Of a DNA stretch of 64,000 nucleotides, positions 13,040 to 23,079 are shown one piece after another. This stretch comes from Ptychomitrium polyphyllum (lineage: Eukaryota), in assembly GCA_973851085.1 (NCBI GenBank), contig OZ316776.1:11284001-11348000 (forward strand). Direction: 5' to 3'. How positions within the stretch are numbered: the first letter of the stretch is position 1; each line of letters starts with the position of its first letter. The translations under genes were made by a program, and so were the position numbers. The notes under the pieces are model-generated. The model saw only the letters and a program-made list of their open reading frames with translations, did not search any database and was not told the DNA's origin.

Positions 13040-14184
13040 TATTGCACACCTCTCCTTGAGGAGTGCCCGCAACACTAAAGGCACAAAGAGGACCCCAGAG
13101 TGACGTCCGGGACTTGTGGCGTCAATAGTGGAGGGAACCAAGTGGACCTAGCGTGGGAAGGATCCCTAGGGAGAGAAACATCCTTGCCCATGTAGACCGA
13201 GGGCCACGAGGGGTAAATTGTGGGCATTGAAGGAATCACGAAGAGCTGATTCTAGAATGCTAAAGATTGCCCAAATTGGACAAGGGAGCTAAAAGTTATG
13301 GCATTCCAAAGTTGGGGTTGCCAAGGGGCTGTTCTGGAGTGTGGCAGCCCTACACAGTGACTGTACTGGAGTGGGACAGTCCAGGGAGGGACTCCCTGGG
13401 AGTCCCAAACCTTGGGAGAGGCGTATCTCCCACAATACTAACTCAAATCGGACGTTTGAGGACTCTATCGGCATCTACGCGAAGAGTAAATGACGATAGA
13501 GTGGTTGCTCGATACATTTGGGCATCAGATGAGGAAGATATGGCTCCTTGAAGGTCCGCTGGGAGTCCCGGAGGCTTCCAGCGGCTAAGTCCCAAGGGAG
13601 ATCGGGTGGTCTTCCAAAACTTTAGGTGTGTCGGTGTTCAGCCAGCTACAGAGGCCCAGGGGGCCTGCCGAATCCCACAGAGAGTACTATAAGGGAGGGC
13701 TAGTCCCCCTCCCCACTGCCCTAGTGTCCCGGTAGAGACCAAGAGTGAGTCCCGGTTGGTGGAACTAGTGTTGGGGCTTCACCACGGGGACTGCCATACC
13801 ATTGTGAGCTGGTGGACGGCCGGTTTCACGGAGGGAACTAGCAAATTCAAAAGGATACGCTTGTTACCACTAAGTTGGGGTGGTATCTTCACGTCGGCAC
13901 CATGATGGTCCGGAGTAATCTTAGGATTGCATGGGGATTATGAGTGGTGGTGAGGAGACACCACTAAGTGCGGTTAGGCTGTGTGGAATGGGAGCAACAC
14001 TAAGTGAGGCCTTGGACATGAATGGAAGTCCGCACCTAACCATTGGCTACCAAACAATTGGGTGTCCTAAAAGAAATGGTAGAGAGACTTGGAAAGTGAG
14101 AATGGAGGTTAACCATGTGCATGTGGGGGTGTACAAGGTTGACGCGCGTGACGCTTGCTAAGGTGCATTACAAGGGTTGCGACA
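13040..14184. mobile_element. solo LTR of an LTR retrotransposon (probably Gypsy-type), 1145 bp
   Basis: GC-rich island within very AT-rich DNA. It ends GGGTTGCGACA and starts TATTGCAC, a decayed TGTCGCAC inverted end. Flanks are TAAAT (13035-39) and TAAAC (14185-89), a 4/5 target-site duplication. Internal TATA-like GTACTATAAGGG; no gag/pol. Confidence 0.75.
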
Positions 14185-16276
14185 TAAACCTTCATTTAAA
14201 TTGATAGTTAGAAATAAAAATTAAATACATTTGGCAATGGTATGAGGCTTCAAAAGATCATACAAGAGATGTGACATTTAGTCATGAATTATGAAAAATA
14301 AACATAGTAGAAACTTTATTGAATCATTTTTTCAAATAAAGAGTTTTTTCTAGTTGCTATACTAACGATATTGAACATCCTCAAACAAAAAATTAAGTCA
14401 TTTTGCACATGTGAAGTAGAAACATAAATAAATTCATGTTTGGTAGAAATACGAAAATTATAATAAATTAAAAGTTTTCATATTTTTATTATTAATATTG
14501 AAATTCTATGAACTTTCAAAGTTGAAAATTAACTATGCCCTTAATTAATACGTAAATTGCCCATAAATCTATGTTTGATGTTTTTTAAAACAATCCAAGT
14601 TACATTAAATACAAGAAGTTGATTAACAATTATTAGAATTTAAATAATGGATTAATTTATCTTTTGGTCTTTGAAAAATCTATAGGTTGGTTTTAAAGGC
14701 ATTATTGATTTTGGATTAATCAACCTTAAGGCCTATATATATTTGAGAGTTTTGAGCTTTAGTGCAAAGATACAAGTAACATCATTTAAAAGATGATTTT
14801 ATTATAAAATTTAGATGATGACTCTATAATAAAGGAAGTACTATATATCAAAAAATTTAAGTATTATGTGAAAATTGATGTAAGATGATTATGGCCTATA
14901 AAGAAGAAAATATAAGATTTTGATACAAATAAATACAAAGGTCTAAAAAAAAAAATCTAAAAAAATCAAATTCTTTTTAGTTATTAGCTGAAATATGTTT
15001 TTTTTAGGTTCCAAAAATCTTAGAGTCAAAATATACTATTATCTTTTAAGTCTTAACAACCTTGTAAGATTGTTCAAAATAAGTTTTTTTAAGTTTCAAA
15101 GAATACTTTAAAAACTTGTCATGTAAGATTTCAAATAGATATTTTTTCCATAAAATAATTGCTTAATAAATCTAGCCAATGGAGACCAATACTTATCACA
15201 AATAAAAATTTCCATTTCTTTGAGCTTATATTACTAAACCTAAATGGAAACATACCTTTAAACAATATAATTGTTGAAAATATATGTTATGTAATGCCCC
15301 ATCTAATTTCGAAAAAACACCGCATTAAATTCATTAAAAATAATACTTTGACTATAATTGTAAAAAAAATCAAACATAGAAAAGTGGAATAAAAATAAAA
15401 CTATAAATAATGAATTATTGAACAGTTATTGGACTAATCTAAATATCATGGACTTACAAAAAGGACTTATTAAATTCCAAAATGGATAATATATGGGTCA
15501 CATTTACAAGCTTGGTAAATGGGTAGGTCTCTGGAAGGAAGACCTATCCATTTATTATATGTCCAAAGTATAATTTGCACATTCAATAGTAACAACTAGA
15601 AAATTTTGTTGTTTTACAATTATTTCCTTGTACATGTTATAATAAATAATGTCATTATAATGCATAATTCAAACTAGTCATGTTGTACGTCAAAAGTTCT
15701 TCATATCAACAAAACCCTTCCTTTGACCTTATTCCAAACATGCTAAATTTCAACATCATTGTATAATTTATTAAATTTACACATTACAATGATAAATCTT
15801 TCCTAAAAAGAATTTATAAAAAAATCAACAAATATCAATCACTTATCAACAATGTTAGACTACAAAGATGGACAATAAAATCTATTGAAGTCATCACATC
15901 TTGTACAAGAGCACCAACATACTTTTTGCTAATGACAATTGTCAAAGACCAAATCAACATCTTTAACATATCCATCAGTTTATCTTTAAAAACATTACCT
16001 CAATTGCTATACAATATACTTTACTCATTTTTCTAACTAAAATGAAATTTAAATACAACCAACCTCCACTTTATCCGCAAAACCTATTACAAAAACTTTG
16101 TAGTTATATAAACCACTTTTTATTAATATTAGCTCTAAAGCATTAGCCCACAACTTTTAAGATATGCATATTGGTTGGTAGGTAGCTTATTCCTGCTTAT
16201 TGAATTGAGCATATAGCAAAACTGATGCATTACAATCAAAAATTCATGTTCATACAAACACACCAAATTTCAAGCT

Positions 16277-16510
16277 TAAACCACATATATGTAAATATAT
16301 ATATTTACATCCAACCAACATGTGAACTCAAGGCTCCATGTCCACCTTCCATAAACATATAATATTTATACTTTTAATTTACTAGAAATTATTGACACTA
16401 TCTAGTGCCTTGGTTATTTAGTCCCTTGGTTATTTAGTTCCTTGGTTATTTAGTCCCTTGTTAATACTGTTTATGATGATAGATTCTATACAATATCTAT
16501 TTCTTTATTA
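16277..16510. repeat. dispersed repeat, copy B (homologous to 2281-2482), with internal 16 bp triplication CCTTGGTTATTTAGTY
   Basis: Direct sequence similarity to 2281-2482; the 16-mer is repeated three times at ~16408-16456. Confidence 0.7.
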
Positions 16511-16799
16511 AAAAATGGTGCCCTATATTCCCAGGATATGAGACATAGGTTCAAAGGTTGAACAAACAGACCCCAAGAGATTAGAGTCCCTCATAATTAT
16601 TTTTCCTGTCCTTTGCCATAGTCACGCCCCTAGGCCAGAACCGTTTGTCGAATTTGAACTAATAATAAAATCAGTATCAGAAGGATGACGACTGCAACCG
16701 CAGCAGGTGATCGGTGTGAACGGGGTCTGCGTGGATAGCCTCAGCCTGCAGCTGCACATGACCAATGTGAACGAGACTCTAACCGGCGACTCCCGGTGG

Positions 16800-16808
16800 A
16801 AACCCTAA
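16800..16808 (+). promoter_or_regulatory. telo-box upstream of the HD2 gene
   Basis: Exact AAACCCTAA ~190 bp upstream of the HD2 ATG, just before a CCTATAGAAG TATA-like site. Confidence 0.55.
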
Positions 16809-16987
16809 CATCGACCGGGTGAGTGATGGCGGCGGCCCTATAGAAGACACTCGAGGGCAGATATTGCACTGCCGTTGCTCCGATCGCTTCTTCCCGCTGC
16901 CGAGCTCCATTTGCTCGCAGCTCCTCGCAATCTTTCGCTTTTCTCTTCGTGTGCCCGTTTTTCCAGGCGATTTTCTGACCTGCCGCG

Positions 16988-19900
16988 ATGGAGTTTTGGG
17001 GTGCGTCTTCCCTTAAACCCTTGACAATCATCTTGCTTCTGGAGAATGGGGATTGGGAGCTTTTCTTGGTTCTTGTTTGTCTCCTTCGTTTCTCATACGT
17101 TGGTGTATCTCGCGCAAGTTAAACAACATTTTCGTTCTGCATGGTAGCCTTGTGTGTTGTTCTTGTTAAGGGTTTAAGGACCGTGATGGCATGAGGAGTG
17201 ATTGGTCGCTCTGATTGCGAATGGAGATCATCTCGGGACTGGCGTGTCTGTTGATGTGGATGTCGGTGGGGTTCTTAAGGAACGGGGAGGAGTTTTCACA
17301 TGGGATCGATGAGCGCCTGGCTTTAGGTTTGCGGGTTAGGTTAGTTGTAGATCGAGAAGCAAGGTTGCGTGTATTGTCTTAGTATGTTGTAGAGTACTCT
17401 TGCGTCGAACTATGGCGGATGAGTTAAAAAAAATCTTGGTCTGCAGTTGGAAGAGTGTCTTTACTGTAATCGCTAGGTAATGCTTTGATTTAAAGAAGAA
17501 TGTCTTAGTATTGTTTGGAATATTGTTGTTCTGAGTAGAACCGCAATGCAGAGTTGTGAAGTGATATAGGTTAAACAGTAGGACTTATACTGATATGGGA
17601 TGAATCCACATTGCATGTGTTTTTCAAGATTTTCTACAGAAGTGCCGCGCTTGTGTCTATTGTTCTCCCATAAATACTGCTTTTCAGCCTATTTTACATG
17701 CATGATTCGTGGCTCCTTTTGTGACTGTCAAGAAAGTGCAGTGGTTTTACATTGATTATTTCTGTACATCATTTGGAAAATTATATTGGTCCATGTTGAA
17801 ACAAATAGAACTGGTACCATTTGCTTATCGTACTTTAAAATTTCTCTTTGTGCAGGTGTCGAGGTGCCGGCTGGAAAACCTACTTCTTGTTTCCCTGGTG
17901 ATGGGATGTATTTACACGTATCCCAGGTTTGCGCCTCTTTCCGTACCTCGGGATTGCGAGCAGGTTCCGTGTCAAATTAGTTATTGTGTGTAACATGTAT
18001 CTTCTTCCGCTGATGAGGCGATTGGTGTTTCATTTATTGTCCAAGTCAACTGGGATGCTGGTATCTGGTTCAGGGAAATTCTGGATGATGAACGAGTTGT
18101 GAGATACTGTCGAAGTACACCTTTCGCTTCTATGCTTAGTTCTCCTTATATGGTTGTGACAGGCCGCTCTTGGAGAAAGCAAGGATAAGAGCGGGAAGGG
18201 AAACGCAAGGGTTGTTTTGAAGGTGCAAGTTGATGACAGTGAAGTCGTGTTGGGAACCCTCTCAGAGGGCAAGTGCGACCAGATGCCTCTTGATCTAGTA
18301 TTTGACAGGGAGTTTACTGTCTCTCACAACAGCAACTCCTCCAGTGTATATATTTGCGGATATCGTACAGAGGGTCCTGAAGAATATGACTCAGAAGGTA
18401 ATAGTTTCATTCCTCTGAACATTTCATAGTCTTTTGTTGTTGGTTTCTGCAACATAAGAAACATCATCTGCTTGCTGGGAATACGGTAACTGAATTTGAT
18501 TTTTATTCGTGCATCCGAGTTAATATCTGAGCTCATTTGCTGGCCAGATGAGGAAGAGGAGGATGAAGAGGAAGATGAAGAGAAGGACGTGCCTGTAGCA
18601 GTTCCAATAGCGTCCAATGGTGCCGCGGCAGGTACCATTTAGGACCAAAACGAACAGTAATTTGCCAATATTCTTTGCGCAGATAGACAATACGTGACGA
18701 TTGCAGTTTAGAGAATCCTTAATCGTCAAGCCTGGGTTCGAAGAGTCTATGCGAGATCACTATTGATTCGAGCAACACTGCACATGTGCTGGACCTGCTC
18801 AGGGTTCTTTAAGTGGGGCGTAACTGCAAGAAACCCAAAACTGGAATGGTTGATGAGGAAGGGTTATTGAAATTTTTATTATCTACTTGACATTTAAAAG
18901 AAAATATTACTCGTTTCGGTCCATATTCACATGAACATATTGAAAGGAAAGTGTTTGGCATTGGTTGACCAATTTCACCTGAAGTATTGATCCTTACACG
19001 TCACTAGGACTCGTTGTGTGTATATAATCTAGGTTGATTGGGACAGTATATCTGGTTTCTTTTCCTGCATACTGGATTTGCTGATGTATTTATGATATCC
19101 TAAGTCCTTATCGAGCACTGTATTTGCTAAGAGTTGAAAAGAGTTAGTGCTGCCTTGGTTTTTCTAATATACACTTTTCATGCAGGAAAACAAATCAAAC
19201 CAGCGAAGCCTGAGGAGCCAGTGAAGGTTGTAGGGAATGTCAAAGTCGAAAAGAAGACCGTGAAGAAGCAAGTGGTGGAGTCCTCTTCGGACGAGGAAGA
19301 TGAATCAGACGATGAGGTGGGCTGTGTTCTTTGTTAGTCAGTTGTTGATTTGTCGGATCGTGTGTTTTGTGTTTCGATTTCCAACCTTGTATGTAGTAAA
19401 AGGTTTTATTCATATTCTACAGGGTTATCTTGTGAGTTTGGAGTTTGGGATTTGAGTGAAACTAATATGGTCGTGGTGGGTTGCCTAAAAAAGGATGAGG
19501 GTATGGGACATCCATTTGTGAGCGATTTAGCTTCCGAATCTGATGACGAATTTGATGCCGGTGATGATTTTGATGAGGTGTGTTTGAGTCGATTTCTAGG
19601 TATACGTTAATGCATTCATAGAGCTTAATAATGAGGGTTTGTTTCGAAGTCTGAGCTCAAAGTCGAAGGTTTTATCGTTTTTTCCAGTGTTTGCTTCTAT
19701 TTTCTGCTGGTTCTTATCCTTGAACGAGGTTTCACAATATTTTGTGTTTGCAGGACATGGATGAAGATGATGACGACGACGATGATGATGAGGAAGAGGA
19801 TGATGAAGATGAATCAGATGAATCCGAGGAGGAAGAACTAAAGATTGAACCAGCGAAGGTGAAGCATCCGCTGGCTATACAAGTTTTTCAACTTCGTGAC

Positions 19901-21705
19901 TTGATGTGTTTCGTTGGCTTCTGCTGGTTGTTTCTTCGGTCATATTCTTAAGTATTCGAATTACTGGACATTTAATTTAAGAATCGAAGAATTTACCTTT
20001 TTTTGATCACAGCCTGGAAAGAAAAGAGCAGCAGAGGAGCTGACCAAGTCTGCAGAGAAAAAGACCAAGACGGATGCTTCCTCAAAGCCAGGTCAATACC
20101 TTTTTGGTTTACATTGATTGGGACATTTCGGGTGTGCACCTTTAGGTTAAAATATTAGCCAATATATGATGTCTTCTAAAGAGAAAGTGCTAGCAGGAAA
20201 TGAAGCTGCTGCAGAATACTGGCAAAGTCTAATCGCTGCAGGCAGTAAAGGTATTAGCTGGCGCGAACCGCAGGATGAAGGGGTTCAGTCAACTTGAGTC
20301 CTTGGACAATCTTTTCCTTACATTAGATCTTACTTAACATAAGCCCTATCCAGCGAGAAACATCTTCACTTCCTGTAAAGTTTATACCGTGCTTCCTATA
20401 CCTTGCTGCAGAGCATGTTGCGTGCCTGGTCCCCAGCCTTTTGATTCTATTTGCTGTGAGTATTTAAGATTCAAATGTATGGTCTGTGCAGGACAATCAC
20501 CCGGAAAGAAAGGAGGAAAGGCGGCGCCTGTTACTCCAGTTGGTAAAGCTGCTGCTCCTACTGAGGTGAAGACTCCCACGGATAAGGGATCGAAGCCAGC
20601 GAAGGTGAGTTTTCGTTTGTTGGTTGTCTATATGTTCTTCAAGTTGCTTATTGCTAACATCTTCAGATTTTCTACTCTTACCTCGACATTGGTGGTTGCC
20701 TCCATCACTTTTGTTTGCTGAAAGTTTCTCCAACCAGAACTATGTTTGAGTTTAATTCTGTAGAAGAATGCGATGAGGAGCAATTTATCTCGTTAATCTG
20801 AGCCGTTAAGGCCTGAAGAGACCTTTTTCATTCAAATTTTCTGAGCATTCAATTCGCCGTACTTAAACTTTTGTTGGATCCCTTCGAAGGGGCTTTCAAA
20901 TGCTAAATTGTTTACCGTTTGACAGGCTTCGAAGGGTACACCAACTGCTCCGCCCACTACACCTGTTTCTGAGAAAAAGATTGGTCAACACAAGTGCACT
21001 GGTTGTGACAGGTGAGTTATATACTCAATCGGATTATCGCAAGCCATAGTTATGTGTTTATGTGTTTCTTTCACTTGCTCTCATTTATGGGTGCTATGAT
21101 GAATACTTTATCTCGTTAATCGGAGCCGTTAGGGCGTGAGGAAATTACATCCATTCTACAGTCTGAGCACCCATTTAAGAGCATTTGTATTCGATCAATA
21201 GGAGCGAGTTTATCGAAAGGAAGTTTACCAGTAGAGTGGTCACGGAGTATTTTGGTTTTTATGGATTTTAGTAGTGTTTATCGGGAATGCGGTGAGGAGC
21301 ACTTATCTCGTTAATCTGAGCCTGGGAAGGCCTGAAGAGACTTCTACCATTCAATTATTCTGAGCATTCACCGTTCTATTAGTTACTTATCATTCCTAGA
21401 GCAAGATTTCTGTGAGGGAAAGGATTCTAGTGCTTCCCTGTCTCTTTAGCTTTGCTTATTTAGTTTTTATTTGGATGGTTGCGACGAGGGGGTTTCAGTT
21501 CATGTGGTTAGTTTTTATGAGGCAGGTCTGAAGATAAATCTGTGCTTCATTGCTTCAGTTGCTATGAAAGTCGTTCAATCGATTCTACTAGAACTGTGTC
21601 TTTTCGTCTGGATATTGATAAGAGTTTCCCAAATATTAATTGTGCAGGACGTTTGTGACTGAATCGGCAATGAGTCAGCATGCTGCAGCTAAGCACAAAG
21701 CTTAG
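16988..21705 (+). CDS. HDT: HD2-type (HD-tuin, plant-specific nucleolar) histone deacetylase with C-terminal C2H2 zinc finger
   Basis: 11 exons: 16988-17000, 17856-17926, 18163-18397, 18548-18631, 19186-19316, 19494-19577, 19754-19858, 20013-20091, 20492-20604, 20926-21011, 21648-21705. Starts with the diagnostic MEFWGVEV, then a nucleoplasmin-like domain (LHVSQAALGE...GTLS...QMPLDLVFDREF), D/E tracts, KKR NLS-like motif, and ends CTGCDRTFVTESAMSQHAAAKH. Confidence 0.95.
20766..20850 (+). ncRNA. intronic box C/D snoRNA copy 1 (25S rRNA guide; probably snoR44/SNORD79-related)
   Basis: In HD2 intron 9. Terminal stem GAATGC/GCATTC, C box ATGAGGA (20773), guide ATCTCGTTAAT followed by D' CTGA (20798), C' TGAAGA (20814), D CTGA (20841). 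Confidence 0.85.
21087..21174 (+). ncRNA. intronic box C/D snoRNA copy 2
   Basis: In HD2 intron 10. 8 bp stem ATGGGTGC/GCACCCAT, perfect C box ATGATGA (21096), same guide ATCTCGTTAAT, D' CGGA, C' GTGAGGA, D CTGA (21163). Confidence 0.88.
21285..21369 (+). ncRNA. intronic box C/D snoRNA copy 3
   Basis: In HD2 intron 10. Stem GAATGC/GCATTC, C box GTGAGGA (21292), guide ATCTCGTTAAT with D' CTGA (21316), C' TGAAGA, D CTGA (21360). Confidence 0.85.
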
Positions 21706-23079
21706 TGTGAATATGGATTCAGAATTTATTTTCTGTTGTGAGATTATGGTGCGTTTGGTATGACCCTCTCATGAAGATAGGGGCGGTCCAAGGATGATGG
21801 AACGTAGATCTTAGCAGAAATTGGATGACATTTAGAATAGGTAGATAGGTGTAGATTTTTTGGTTGAAAAACGGAATCATCAGAGAAACTCGTCATTGTG
21901 TGCTTCTGACTGGATATTGGGTCTTACAGAGGTCGACCTGGTTTGAGTGGCGGTGGTTGCAAATAGAAGATCCCACTTGCTTATAGGAAGTTTTGATATA
22001 ATATGGCTGTGATACGTTAGTGATGTGTAAGCCATATACACCGTTGAAGAGGTCATCAAAGAACTACGTTTTCTTCACTCTACACTGCATTTTCTGCTCA
22101 AAAACTCATGATCGTATTCCTCATGTCCACCTGTTTGGTATACTAACTCCGTCTTAAACTCATCGTTGAAACTATCATGTGAACTGATGTTGTTGGTTCC
22201 AACGCTATGCACTACGAAATGTACGCACGGTTACTGTGTACAATCTTGAAACCACAGCAATGTGCGAAGTGTGTCAAGGAATTTGATTGAATTAACACCT
22301 TCAATGTTAAAAGTTCTCCAATCTGTTCACGGTTAGATTGAAAGTAACCTTCACTTTCACACGGCGTGGAAACAGATGACTTCGGAAAACACTTGGTGTA
22401 TATACCGCTGACCTTCGATGAAACGAAGAGCGACATGAAGTACCTGATCCCACTGAGAAACATAAGGAAAACAATCTGCATGCGATAGTAGAGCTCAAAC
22501 TCGATCTCCGTGCGTCCGTGCATCCGTCCGGATAGGCGATTGCAGGTGGCTCATGCCAGCGTAGATTCACATCAAGGAGTCCGCAGGTCGAGCAAATCTT
22601 CGTTTCTGGAAGATCCTCCGTCGCCTCAGCGTTCGGGCATGCAGGACGCACGCGGTTTCGAGAACACCATCAAACTGCGGATCGAAGGATGCTCGTGGGC
22701 AGGGCATTGGGAAGGAGAAAGGGTGGACAGAGTGACCACTGTAGAGCAGTGAAAAGTCGAGAGAGTGTTCTTTGCTTTTCAGATCCTAGCATCTCTTGCA
22801 CTGCTGCATCATTGCCACCAGTGGCGCGACATTGGCTTCATCGCCACAGGAGTTCGTCAGAAGGCAGGAGCAGTGGGAGGGACAGGAGTCTAACTGTCGC
22901 CACCCTCGCTCTGCGGTTCGCCGGATTCGTTGCATTGCGAGGTTGGATTACTTGGTGTTGCTTTTGGTTTTTGGTTGTTTCGACGTGAAGTAGCTTGTGT
23001 TGATGGTTTGGTGGGATTTTTGTTGTGGTTTTTGAGTGGTGGAGGTTTGTAACTGTGCAGGGGGGTCAAGGTGGCAGAG

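Noticed and set aside
13267..14161. ORFs within the GC-rich island
   Set aside because: No gag/pol motifs; better explained as chance ORFs in a solo LTR
17191..17252. ATGAGGA...CTGA...ATGGAGA pattern in HD2 intron 1 as another C/D snoRNA
   Set aside because: No terminal D box or stem, and no rRNA complementarity that I can recognise
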